The translations under genes were made by a program, and so were the position numbers. Of a stretch of 48,033 nt of DNA, positions 23,119 through 32,697 are shown in pieces (the first letter of the stretch is position 1; the number at the start of each line of letters is the position of its first letter). The notes under the pieces were generated by a model that did not search any database, was not told the origin of the DNA, and saw nothing but the letters and a program-made list of their open reading frames with translations. The stretch is taken from assembly GCA_964629335.1 (NCBI GenBank), contig CAZVRH010000006.1, positions 1 to 48,033 of the forward strand. The letters are read 5' to 3'. The stretch is from an uncultured Woeseia sp. (GTDB lineage Bacteria; Pseudomonadota; Gammaproteobacteria; Steroidobacterales; UBA11654).

Positions 23119-24276
23119 ATGAAAAAAATACAGACATTACTGGTATTGTTAGCCGCTGTTTGGCTTTCATTTATATACTATTCAGAGCCCTTGATTAACC
23201 AGATTATCGCAAAGGAAAGAGAGTTTATCCGAACGAGTATGCAAGATTTGTTAGGGCTAGAGATACAGTTTGAAAATGTTGAAATGAATTACACAATTCA
23301 AAGTTACATCATTTTGAGGCCTGTTTTAAGTTTTAAGCAAATTGTATTAAAACAAGGAGCAAATGACCTTTCACCTCTGTCTATTGAGACGTTTAGTCTT
23401 GAGCTGAATCTATGGAAGAGTCTTAAAAATCAGAATGTGGCACTCAATTCAATTATCGTAGATGGCAGCAATCTTGATTTTAGTCACGAAGATAAGAATG
23501 GGTTTTTATTTAATAATATACCAATTAAACAGCTTTTCATTTTTCCTAAATCTGGAGGAAAAAGACCGTCCTTAGAAATTAAGAATATTTCCTCTAAAGC
23601 CCTAGATATAGAAAGAATACAAACAAAAATTGGAATGGCCAATATTTTTGATAGTGATGATGTTAATTTCAAAACCGATTATTTTTGGGATGAAATACCT
23701 CAAAAAAAAGACATTACCTCAGGCAACGGTCTAGTAAGCATTAAAGTTAAAGACGGTCGTATTAATAGTGAGGAAAGAGTTCCGGGCAAGGTTTTTTCTC
23801 TTTTTAGCTTTTCAGAACTGCCAAAACGCCTGCTGCTCGACTTCAGAGATGTCTTTGGGGAAGGCTTCCCTTTTGATCGATTGGAGGCAGATGTTGTTTT
23901 TGCTAATAATATTGCTTACACCTGTAATTTATCTATTAGTTCGACCACATCCGATGTCATCATTGTTGGAGCAACTAATATTTCAAAACGAACATACAAT
24001 CAGATGGTTATTGTGCAACCGCTGGTCTCTGATCTCCTTTCTGGTGGAGCTGCTGTTGTTGCTGGGCCAGCTGCAGCTGCTTCAGTTTTTCTTCTAACAA
24101 AAATTTTGAGACGACCATTGAAAAATGCTGGTATCGCTTATTATTCAGTGAATGGAAGTTGGGATCAGCCTGAGATTCAACAATTAACTGAATCGGAGGT
24201 TGATTTTAGTTTGATAGAAGATTGTTCTAATTTTCTTCCCGATATCGATCAGAAGATACAATCTCTTACTAATTAA
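23119..24276 (+). CDS. yhdP: Shortened YhdP/AsmA-like phospholipid bridge protein
   Basis: N-terminal TM anchor, LNLWKSL segment, C-terminal LPKRLLLDFRDVFGEGFPFD and Y.V.GSW..P; precedes nit-tldD. Confidence 0.8.
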   Translation: MKKIQTLLVLLAAVWLSFIYYSEPLINQIIAKEREFIRTSMQDLLGLEIQFENVEMNYTIQSYIILRPVLSFKQIVLKQGANDLSPLSIETFSLELNLWKSLKNQNVALNSIIVDGSNLDFSHEDKNGFLFNNIPIKQLFIFPKSGGKRPSLEIKNISSKALDIERIQTKIGMANIFDSDDVNFKTDYFWDEIPQKKDITSGNGLVSIKVKDGRINSEERVPGKVFSLFSFSELPKRLLLDFRDVFGEGFPFDRLEADVVFANNIAYTCNLSISSTTSDVIIVGATNISKRTYNQMVIVQPLVSDLLSGGAAVVAGPAAAASVFLLTKILRRPLKNAGIAYYSVNGSWDQPEIQQLTESEVDFSLIEDCSNFLPDIDQKIQSLTN

Positions 24277-24301
24277 ATAGAAATTTATTACTATTACCAA
24301 C

Positions 24302-25111
24302 ATGAAATTTGCTGCTGTTCAGATGAATTCAACCGATTGTGTCGAAGATAATCTGTTATTGGTAAAAACGCTTATAACAGAAGCTAAGGAGCAAGGTGCT
24401 TCTATTGTCTTGCTGCCTGAGAATTTTGCGTTTATGGGTTACCCAAAACAAATGGTTGAGGAAATTATGGAAGATTTTGAAGACGGTCCCATTCAAAGTG
24501 CGATCTCGCATTTAGCTAACCAATTAGATATATGGATTATTGCTGGATCTGTTCCTATAAAAAGCCCAATTTCTGATCTAAGTTTTGCTCGCTCAATTGT
24601 CTACGATGATCAAGGAAGTGTTAAAAATTTCTACGATAAAATTCATCTCTTTGATGTTGAAATCGAAGGCAAGCAATACAACGAATCCTTTTCAATCACT
24701 CCAGGACAAGATCCAGTTACGGTGAAAACTCCTTGGTGCACAATTGGTCTTTCTATTTGCTATGATCTAAGGTTCCCAGAACTCTATAGAACCTATTCCG
24801 ATTTGGGCGTTGATGTTGTAACTGTCCCATCAGCATTTACAAAAGAGACAGGCCTGGCGCATTGGGAAACCTTGCTATCTTCAAGAGCTATTGAGAATCT
24901 GTCATATGTTGTGGCATCTGCTCAGTGGGGAAAGCATTATGGAAGCAGACAAACTTTTGGGCATAGCTTGATTATAAATTCTTGGGGTAAAATTATGGAT
25001 CAACTTGAAACCGGAAATGGTATTGTTATCTCTGATATTGATTTGGAAGAGTTACGATCTATCCGTACATCCTTTCCAGCTTTACAACATAAGATTTTAA
25101 ATAATGACTGA
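24302..25111 (+). CDS. Carbon-nitrogen hydrolase, Nit1-like (deaminated glutathione amidase)
   Basis: LPEN, YDKIHLFDV, ICYDLRFPE triad, RAIEN. Confidence 0.92.
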   Translation: MKFAAVQMNSTDCVEDNLLLVKTLITEAKEQGASIVLLPENFAFMGYPKQMVEEIMEDFEDGPIQSAISHLANQLDIWIIAGSVPIKSPISDLSFARSIVYDDQGSVKNFYDKIHLFDVEIEGKQYNESFSITPGQDPVTVKTPWCTIGLSICYDLRFPELYRTYSDLGVDVVTVPSAFTKETGLAHWETLLSSRAIENLSYVVASAQWGKHYGSRQTFGHSLIINSWGKIMDQLETGNGIVISDIDLEELRSIRTSFPALQHKILNND

Positions 25112-26552
25112 TAAACAAGAATCTACTTTTTCACAAGTAAAATCTAACTTGTTGGATCCTTATAACATTTCTACTCAGGATTTAGATCTTATGATGGGTG
25201 AAATGCTCTCTCAGGGTATAGATATGGGGGATATATACTTTCAGAATATGAGCCAAGAATCGTGGACTTTAGAGGACGGTTTAGTGAAGAAATCTTCGTA
25301 TGCAAGTCGACAAGGTGTAGGTTTTCGTTCAGTTATTGATGAGCAATCAGGGCTTGCTTATTCAGAATCATTCGACAAAGACGCACTGTTCAAAGCAGCC
25401 AAAGCCTCTTCATCAATAGCAACAGCAGGTAAAACAGGAGTGTCTAAGATAAAAGAATCATCAGATATTCAGCATTATTATCATTTCATTAACCCCATTT
25501 CATCATTGGAAGACAAATCAAAAATTGAACTGTTACAAAATATTGATTCTCTAGCTAGAGCCAGAGATCATCGAGTCAAAGAGGTTATAGCCTCGTTATC
25601 AGGTAACTTTCAGAATATCTTGATTATCAATAATCTAGGCCGCTTAGCAGCCGATATTAGGCCAATGGTTAGACTCAGTCTTAGCGTTATTGTTGAGGAA
25701 AACGATAGAAGAGAACGAGGCACGAGCGGTGGCGGTGGCAGAGTAGACTATACATTCTTTGATCAATCAAGGATTAAAAATTATGCTGAAGAGGCTGTCG
25801 ATCAAGCATTAATCAATTTGGAAGCTATTGAGGCACCGGCTGGAGAGATGACTGTTGTTTTGGGCTCAGGATGGCCAGGTGTGCTTGTTCATGAGGCCAT
25901 TGGGCACGGGCTTGAGGGAGACTTCAATCGAAAGAAAACTTCAGCATTTTCAGGCCTCATGGGAGAAAAAGTTGCTTCTTCAATATGCACGATAATAGAC
26001 GATGGCACTATAGAAGGTGCTAGAGGATCACTGAATATTGATGATGAGGGAGAGCCTACCCAAAGAACCGTTTTAATTGAAAATGGCAAACTTTGTAACT
26101 ACATGCAAGACCAATTAAATGCGAAACTTATGAATTCAAAATCTACAGGCAACGGGAGACGAGAATCTTATTCTTCACAAACGATCCCTCGAATGACCAA
26201 TACTTTCATGTTGGGAGGTAAACATAAGCATCAAGAAATTATTGAATCAGTTGAGAAAGGGATTTATGCAAAGAATTTTGGTGGAGGCCAAGTGGATATA
26301 ACCTCTGGTAAATTTGTTTTTTCTGCCAATGAAGCTTATTTGATAAAAAATGGGAAATTGGAGCAACCTATTAAAGGCGCCATGCTAATTGGTGATGGCC
26401 CTTCAGCTCTTAATAAGGTCAGCATGGTTGCAGATGATCTAGCTCTTGATCCTGGCATTGGAAATTGCGGCAAGGACGGTCAAACTGTGCCAGTGAATGT
26501 GGGTCAACCAACAATGAAAATAGAGAACTTAACCGTGGGGGGGACGGCTTAG
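25104..26552 (+). CDS. tldD: Metalloprotease TldD
   Basis: GWPGVL.HEAIGHGLEGDFNRK, PRMTNT, CGK.GQ. Confidence 0.98.
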   Translation: MTDKQESTFSQVKSNLLDPYNISTQDLDLMMGEMLSQGIDMGDIYFQNMSQESWTLEDGLVKKSSYASRQGVGFRSVIDEQSGLAYSESFDKDALFKAAKASSSIATAGKTGVSKIKESSDIQHYYHFINPISSLEDKSKIELLQNIDSLARARDHRVKEVIASLSGNFQNILIINNLGRLAADIRPMVRLSLSVIVEENDRRERGTSGGGGRVDYTFFDQSRIKNYAEEAVDQALINLEAIEAPAGEMTVVLGSGWPGVLVHEAIGHGLEGDFNRKKTSAFSGLMGEKVASSICTIIDDGTIEGARGSLNIDDEGEPTQRTVLIENGKLCNYMQDQLNAKLMNSKSTGNGRRESYSSQTIPRMTNTFMLGGKHKHQEIIESVEKGIYAKNFGGGQVDITSGKFVFSANEAYLIKNGKLEQPIKGAMLIGDGPSALNKVSMVADDLALDPGIGNCGKDGQTVPVNVGQPTMKIENLTVGGTA

Positions 26553-27031
26553 TCAAGTTTTGCAGAAAGCACCTTCTCGGCTTGTGTTTTTCTATAATTT
26601 TTCAATTGCTCAGCAATAAACTCATCCTTCAATGCAAGAATTGCTATTGCATAGAGAGCAGCATTAATTGCTCCCGGCTTTCCTATAGCGACTGTTCCAA
26701 CAGGTATACCTGGAGGCATTTGAACAATTGACATCAAGGCATCCATTCCATCTAGCGAACCAGCGATTAGTGGTACACCGATTACAGGAATCGTAGTTTG
26801 TGCAGCCACAACACCCGGTAAAGCAGCAGAGAGTCCAGCTCCAGTGATAAAGACCTGAACCCCATCTTGTTGAGCCTGGATAATAAAAGCCTCTAATTCT
26901 TTCGGTGTTCTGTGAGCCGAAAGAACTCTAGATTCATGAGAAATCTCAAAATCTTTAAGTGTTTTAGCGCAATGTGACATCACATCCCAATCAGATGCAG
27001 AGCCCATGACGATAGCTACTTGAATACCCAT
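26549..27031 (-). CDS. purE: PurE (N5-CAIR mutase / AIR carboxylase)
   Basis: MGS.SD, SAHRTP, PVIGVP, QMP.GIPV.TV. Confidence 0.96.
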   Translation of the reverse strand: MGIQVAIVMGSASDWDVMSHCAKTLKDFEISHESRVLSAHRTPKELEAFIIQAQQDGVQVFITGAGLSAALPGVVAAQTTIPVIGVPLIAGSLDGMDALMSIVQMPPGIPVGTVAIGKPGAINAALYAIAILALKDEFIAEQLKNYRKTQAEKVLSAKLD

Positions 27032-27105
27032 AGCGTAATTCTACAATGTCTTATTTACGGTGTCTAAGTAAGTTAGAATAAAGATATAACAATTATTTGA
27101 GAATT

Positions 27106-28428
27106 ATGAAATTAGACCAACATCACAATAAAGCAGAAAGGGCATTGAAATACGCCAAATCCATTGGAGTGGATGAAGTCAGTTTGAGCTTTGCTGATGG
27201 TAAAGGGTTTTCAGTGACAGCTAGGAATGGATCTATAGAGACGGTTCAGGATTATAAGGATCAAAGTTTCAATATTACGGTTTATCTTGGAAAATCAGTT
27301 GGGGGTGCAAGCTCAAATGATTTATCTGAAGGGGCTATTCAATCAACCATAGATAAGGCGTATAGTCTTTCAAGTCTGACGGCCAGTGATGAATGCAATG
27401 GTCTGGCCGATAAAGAGCGGATGGCGTCAACACCAATAGATCTTGATCTATACAACCCTTGGAACTTAGACATCAACCAAGCCAAGAGTATGGCTATTGA
27501 ATGCGAAGCGTCTGCCTTAGAGTTCGATAAAAAAGTTGTTAACTCAGAAGGGGCAACGGTTGGCAGCTATCTCAACCAATCTCTATATGCAAACTCTCAT
27601 GGTTTTATAGGGGAATCTATATCCACAGGTCACTCAATCAGTTGTACTGCTATTGCAACCGATAACGGCGCCATGGAGATGGATTATGATTACACAAGCG
27701 CTCGGCATCATGAAGATCTTCAAGATCATAAAGAAATAGGCATGCTTGCAGGAAAACAAGCTGTTGAGCATTTAGGATCAAGAAAGATTAAAACAACTAA
27801 AGCGCCAGTGATCTTCTCTCCCAGAGTATCAAGCAGTTTAATTAGCCATCTCATGACAGCTATTAGTGGGTCAAGTCTATATCGAAATGCATCTTTCTTA
27901 GTTAACTCAAAGGGCAAAAAAATTTGCCCTCAATTTATAAACATCAAAGAAGAACCGCATCTGAAAAGAGGTTTTTCTAGTTGTTATTTTGATGCGGAAG
28001 GAGTCGAAACTAAACCAAGACTGATTGTTGAGAATGGAGTACTAAAAGGCTATTTGTTATCGAGTTATTCAGCAAGGCGCTTGGGCCTTGATACTAGTGG
28101 TAACGCCGGAGGTCATCATAATCTGATTGTTGAACCTACAGCCGAAGAGGATATGCAATCTATGATAAAAAGTATGGAGTCTGGATTTCTTGTTACTGGT
28201 TTAATTGGCTATGGAGTGAATGTAGTTAACGGAGATTACTCAAGAGGTGCCAATGGTTTTTGGATTGAGAATGGTGAGATTGCGTTTCCTGTCAGTGAGG
28301 TAACAGTCGCTGGAAATCTGAAAGATATGTTCATGCAAATTATTACGGTGGGAAACGATCCTGAAACAAAGGGCTCTATTTATGCAGGTTCTATTTTAAT
28401 GGACAATTTAATGATAGCCGGAGAATAA
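27106..28428 (+). CDS. pmbA: Metalloprotease partner PmbA/TldE
   Basis: NSEGA, FDAEGV, YSARRLG...GNAGG, GDYSRGA.GFW; TTG 27097 is an alternative start. Confidence 0.96.
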   Translation: MKLDQHHNKAERALKYAKSIGVDEVSLSFADGKGFSVTARNGSIETVQDYKDQSFNITVYLGKSVGGASSNDLSEGAIQSTIDKAYSLSSLTASDECNGLADKERMASTPIDLDLYNPWNLDINQAKSMAIECEASALEFDKKVVNSEGATVGSYLNQSLYANSHGFIGESISTGHSISCTAIATDNGAMEMDYDYTSARHHEDLQDHKEIGMLAGKQAVEHLGSRKIKTTKAPVIFSPRVSSSLISHLMTAISGSSLYRNASFLVNSKGKKICPQFINIKEEPHLKRGFSSCYFDAEGVETKPRLIVENGVLKGYLLSSYSARRLGLDTSGNAGGHHNLIVEPTAEEDMQSMIKSMESGFLVTGLIGYGVNVVNGDYSRGANGFWIENGEIAFPVSEVTVAGNLKDMFMQIITVGNDPETKGSIYAGSILMDNLMIAGE

Positions 28429-29667
28429 ATGAGTATCAGGATAATAAGCTTCATATTTTTGTGTCTGTTTTATACACCCAATCAGGTTTTTGCACATGGA
28501 GCAGTACAAAGAGCATCAGAGCTAAAAGACAGTGAAGTTCGTTTATTTATTGCTGACAATATGGATGGATCGGTTGTGGTTATTGATTTTCCAAACGGTG
28601 AAATTACCCACAGAGTTTCCACTTCTCCTTCAATCATGATTCTGGCCCTGAGTAGAAATAACCAATATATTTATGCCATGCGAGGTAGAGACACGGATGA
28701 AGATCTTACCAGCATTATAAGTACCGGTTTTGATGTGAAGGAAAATCAATTCAGGAAACCGCATGTTATTCGAACAATTAAAACCGATACTCCAGGCGGT
28801 CCTAGGGACAATAAAATGGCAACTGTTGGCGGTTATGACGCCATCTTGACAGAAGGTGAGGCAGAAGTAGTAGTCATAATATCAGATGATATCGATGGTT
28901 ATTCTGAGCTAAAAACAAAACGATACAAGATTGCTGCACCCGATCACTATCATTACTTAGAGGGTGAGGATTATCTGTATATTGGACATCTTTTTAATGG
29001 TTTTGTTCAAGTTTTGAATCGGTCAACTGGTGAGGAGGTAAAAAGGATTCAGGGATGTCCTAGGCTACATGGCATGACAGACGATAAAGTATCCGGGAGA
29101 TTAATTTTCTCATGCGCTAGAGATGTTATTGTGGTCGGAACATTAGGAGAAGAAAAAGCAAAACTCATCACAAGAATCCCCTATCCAGAGAACACAGGGA
29201 GAGGTTGTGCCGCATTTCTAAAAGGAAAGGGACGCGTGCAATGGTGTTACACAGAGGGCGTCATTCCAAGGCTCTACCGAGTGGATTTCGCACAAGAACC
29301 TTATCAATTTACTACCCTATCGGTTGAATCCTCAATTCAACAAAATGCAACCGACGATGGACAATATTTAATGGTGTTGTCCAAACAAGGTGTTTTGTAT
29401 TTATACGATGGTGGGAACGGTAAGCTAATTAAAACAATTAGAGTCTCAGAGCCTTTTCTTGGAGACTGGTTTGAGGATGTGGGTAAAGCTATACTTCCTG
29501 ACATTGCATCGCATCATGGCACGGCATACATCACGCTGACCCATGAAGGAAGAATTGCTGAGATTGATTTAGAGCAAGGGGAGGTTAAAAGATATATTGA
29601 CATAGACGGTTTTCCCACAAGGATAGTGCTTCTTGCTAAAGAAACGTTAGTCCAGAACACCAATTAA
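28429..29667 (+). CDS. Secreted beta-propeller protein, AztD/YncE-like
   Basis: Signal peptide ending VFA|H; repeated beta blades; CPRLHG, PYP, VSEPF, G.P..I resemble AztD as recalled. Confidence 0.7.
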   Translation: MSIRIISFIFLCLFYTPNQVFAHGAVQRASELKDSEVRLFIADNMDGSVVVIDFPNGEITHRVSTSPSIMILALSRNNQYIYAMRGRDTDEDLTSIISTGFDVKENQFRKPHVIRTIKTDTPGGPRDNKMATVGGYDAILTEGEAEVVVIISDDIDGYSELKTKRYKIAAPDHYHYLEGEDYLYIGHLFNGFVQVLNRSTGEEVKRIQGCPRLHGMTDDKVSGRLIFSCARDVIVVGTLGEEKAKLITRIPYPENTGRGCAAFLKGKGRVQWCYTEGVIPRLYRVDFAQEPYQFTTLSVESSIQQNATDDGQYLMVLSKQGVLYLYDGGNGKLIKTIRVSEPFLGDWFEDVGKAILPDIASHHGTAYITLTHEGRIAEIDLEQGEVKRYIDIDGFPTRIVLLAKETLVQNTN

Positions 29668-29679
29668 GAGGAGATTATT

Positions 29680-30090
29680 ATGAGGAAGAACAGAAAAATT
29701 TTATTTTTAGGCGTGTTTGCACTATGTATTGGGACTTTTTTTCAGTCCAATGTATTTGCCCACGCCGATCATGATAAGGACGCTATGATAATAAAAATGG
29801 CTGACATTATGATTAACCTCGAGCATTTTCCTACTGAGGATGAGAAGCAAAAATTACAATCAATCCTGGATTCTGACTCATCGACTGATCAAGAGAAAAT
29901 TATTGCCAATTCGATAATGAATATACAACATTCACCAAATGCGGAAGATCAAGATAAGTTACAGCTCATTATCGACAATACAACTGCAACTTCTACAGTC
30001 AATACACTAGCAAGAATTGTTCAGAGTTTTTCTCACGGGATTTCAAAAACTGATAAAAGAAAATTACAGACCATAAAATTTAAGGGATAA
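29680..30090 (+). CDS. Secreted hypothetical protein with three 35-aa His-containing repeats
   Basis: GAGGAG SD, signal peptide ending VFA|HADH, His49/84/119 and KLQ at 35-aa period. Confidence 0.85.
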   Translation: MRKNRKILFLGVFALCIGTFFQSNVFAHADHDKDAMIIKMADIMINLEHFPTEDEKQKLQSILDSDSSTDQEKIIANSIMNIQHSPNAEDQDKLQLIIDNTTATSTVNTLARIVQSFSHGISKTDKRKLQTIKFKG

Positions 30091-30125
30091 GCCTATAATT
30101 TACTAGACTTATAGTCTCATTTTAA

Positions 30126-31004
30126 TCACTTAAGCTCGGTGATGATGTTATAGGCGCTTTTGTATTTCTTTGCAGTATTATCGATAATTTCTTTCGGTAA
30201 TTCAGGGCCAGGCGCAGTTTTATCCCAGTCAAGTGTTTCCAGATAATCTCTTAAATACTGTTTGTCAAAACTAGGTGGACTGGTTCCTATCGCATAATTC
30301 TCAACTGCCCAAAAGCGAGAAGAATCAGGCGTTAGAACTTCATCAATGAGATACAAGTTATTGTCATGATCCTGTCCAAATTCAAATTTAGTGTCCGCAA
30401 TAATAATGCCACGTTCTTTTGCGTGAGAGACTCCATAGTTATAAATTTCAATGGCTTTATCTCTTACAGTTGCAGCCAGTTCTTTGCCTAAGAGATCTAT
30501 GGTTTTCTGATATGAAATGTTTTCATCATGATCACCAGCTTCAGCTTTAGTTGCAGGGGTATAAATTGGTTCAGGCAATTGTGCAGCCATTTTTAGATTT
30601 TCTTCTAGTCTGATGCCGCAAACCGAACCTGTTTGTTGATAATCTTTCCAACCTGAACCAATTAAATAACCTCTAACAACAGCTTCTATCGGTAGCGGAT
30701 TCAGTCGTTTCACAATCATGCTTCTGTTTTGAAAATAACCGAGTTGATCCAAAGGAACAATGTCTTCAAGATTGAGATCATCAGTAAGGTGATTAATGGC
30801 AATGTGTTTTGTTTTGTTGAACCAGAATTCTGAGAGTTGTGTTAATACTTCTCCTTTACCAGGTATTGGATTAGGTAGCACAACATCGAAAGCAGACATT
30901 CGGTCTGTGGTTACAATAAGTAGATGATCTTCATCAACAGAGTAAATATCTCTGACTTTACCCTGAGCAATGAGTTCTAGATTTTGTAGTATTGGCGCTT
31001 CCAC
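30126..31004 (-). CDS. purC: SAICAR synthase (long Ade1-like type)
   Basis: GKVRDIY, DRMSAFD, VRGYL.GSGW, ADTKFEFG, DEVLTPDSSRFW. Confidence 0.97.
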   Translation of the reverse strand: MEAPILQNLELIAQGKVRDIYSVDEDHLLIVTTDRMSAFDVVLPNPIPGKGEVLTQLSEFWFNKTKHIAINHLTDDLNLEDIVPLDQLGYFQNRSMIVKRLNPLPIEAVVRGYLIGSGWKDYQQTGSVCGIRLEENLKMAAQLPEPIYTPATKAEAGDHDENISYQKTIDLLGKELAATVRDKAIEIYNYGVSHAKERGIIIADTKFEFGQDHDNNLYLIDEVLTPDSSRFWAVENYAIGTSPPSFDKQYLRDYLETLDWDKTAPGPELPKEIIDNTAKKYKSAYNIITELK

Positions 31005-31106
31005 CGTATTATTCTATGAATTGAAAAAGCTTTTATCAATAAGGATTTTTTTTGTATCTAAGGCAAAAGTCGGGAGATAATGAGCTGAGATAATAATTAA
31101 AGAAAT

Positions 31107-31778
31107 ATGGACAGAAATTTTAAAATTGCACCCTCAATTCTTTCGGCCGATTTTGCCCAATTAGGCCAAGAAGTTGTGGACGTGATTAATGCTGGTGCTG
31201 ACTTTATACATTTTGACGTCATGGACAATCATTTTGTACCTAACCTAACTTTTGGACCAGTGATCTGTGAGTCTTTGAGAAAGTTTGGTGTGGAGGCACC
31301 AATTGATGTGCATTTAATGGTTGAGCCTGTTGATCGAATTATTTCTGATTTTGCTGATGCTGGCGCAACTTTTATTACTTTTCACCCTGAGGCAACGCAA
31401 GATGTTTCAAGCACACTTGAATTAATAAAAGCAGCCGGTTGTCAACCCGGTCTAGCCATCAATCCAGACACTCCACTAAGCCATATTGAAGATCATATTG
31501 AATCGCTTGACATTATTACAATGATGTCTGTTTATCCTGGGTTTGCAGGACAAAAATTTATCCCTGAAGTCCTTAATAAATTAGCTTCAACTAGACAATT
31601 GATAGACGATTCCAGCAAAGACGTTTTTCTTGAGATCGATGGTGGTGTTAAGGCCGATAATATTGCTGATATTGCTCAGTACGGCGCCGATGTTTTTGTT
31701 TCTGGTTCAGGAATTTTTGGAACAGAAAACTATCAGGAAACCATTGATTTGATGAGAGATAATTTAAGCGCTGCTTAG
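31107..31778 (+). CDS. rpe: Ribulose-phosphate 3-epimerase
   Basis: IAPSILSADF, HFDVMD.HFVPNLT.G, DVHLM, EIDGG. Confidence 0.98.
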   Translation: MDRNFKIAPSILSADFAQLGQEVVDVINAGADFIHFDVMDNHFVPNLTFGPVICESLRKFGVEAPIDVHLMVEPVDRIISDFADAGATFITFHPEATQDVSSTLELIKAAGCQPGLAINPDTPLSHIEDHIESLDIITMMSVYPGFAGQKFIPEVLNKLASTRQLIDDSSKDVFLEIDGGVKADNIADIAQYGADVFVSGSGIFGTENYQETIDLMRDNLSAA

Positions 31779-31800
31779 ATCTTAATTATCGAAGAATTCA

Positions 31801-31829
31801 TTGAAAAAATAAGCTCAGATGAGTAGACT
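31801..31829 (+). promoter_or_regulatory. Putative sigma70 promoter of rplM-rpsI
   Basis: TTGAAA (31801-31806), 17 bp, TAGACT (31824-31829). Confidence 0.6.
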
Positions 31830-31861
31830 AGCTTCCTTTTATAATGATAAAGAGCTGGTTA

Positions 31862-32290
31862 ATGAAGACTATTTCAGCAAAAACAGAAGATGTAGTAAGA
31901 GTTTGGTATCTAGTTGATGCTAAAAATAAAACGCTTGGCAGATTATCTACCGAGATCGCTACAAGATTAAGAGGCAAACACAAGCCTATATATACTCCTC
32001 ATGTTGATACAGGAGATTATATTGTTGTTATAAATGCCTCAGAAATAAGCGTTACCGGGAATAAAATGAAAGACAAAATGTATTATAAGCATACCGGTTA
32101 TATCGGTAATATGAAGTCCTCAAATTTAGAAACGATGATGAAAAAGAGTCCAGAAACGGTTCTTATGAAATCTGTCAGAGGGATGCTGCCTAAAACAAAA
32201 CTAGGCAATGCCATGATAAAAAAATTAAGAGTATTTGCAGGACCTGATCATACTCATGAGGCACAGTCTCCGAAACTCTTAGAGGTTTAG
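31862..32290 (+). CDS. rplM: 50S ribosomal protein L13
   Basis: [27 protein letters not shown]; start set at MKT. Confidence 0.98.
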   Translation: MKTISAKTEDVVRVWYLVDAKNKTLGRLSTEIATRLRGKHKPIYTPHVDTGDYIVVINASEISVTGNKMKDKMYYKHTGYIGNMKSSNLETMMKKSPETVLMKSVRGMLPKTKLGNAMIKKLRVFAGPDHTHEAQSPKLLEV

Positions 32291-32297
32291 TACAAAG

Positions 32298-32690
32298 ATG
32301 GCAACAGAAGTGCATTACGGAACCGGAAGAAGAAAGACCTCTACAGCCAGAGTCTTTATCAAAAAAGGTAAAGGCAATATCACTGTAAATAAAAAACCCA
32401 TTGATGAATTTTTCGATCGTGAAACAGCACGAATGATTGTAAGACAGCCTTTGGAGCACACAGAATTGATTGGTAAAATTGATGTTCATGCAACTGTTAA
32501 AGGCGGCGGGGGAAGCGGCCAGGCAGGTGCAATAAGACATGGTTTAAGCAGGGCTTTACTTAGTTATGATGAGAATTTACGTTTAGCACTTAGAGAAAAA
32601 GGATTCTTAACGCGAGATGCTCGAAGGGTGGAGCGAAAAAAAGTTGGCTTGAAGAAGGCCCGGAAGGCAACTCAGTATTCCAAACGATAG
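32298..32690 (+). CDS. rpsI: 30S ribosomal protein S9
   Basis: [21 protein letters not shown]-terminal QYSKR. Confidence 0.99.
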   Translation: MATEVHYGTGRRKTSTARVFIKKGKGNITVNKKPIDEFFDRETARMIVRQPLEHTELIGKIDVHATVKGGGGSGQAGAIRHGLSRALLSYDENLRLALREKGFLTRDARRVERKKVGLKKARKATQYSKR

Positions 32691-32697
32691 TTTGACT

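Noticed and set aside
30105-30117. AGACT-TAT-AGTCT hairpin between convergent genes as a terminator
   Set aside because: 5-bp stem is too weak to call.
31020-31040. ATTGA-AAAAGCTTTT-A-TCAAT dyad between purC and rpe
   Set aside because: Almost all A/T with a bulge; likely chance, and no match to a PurR box.
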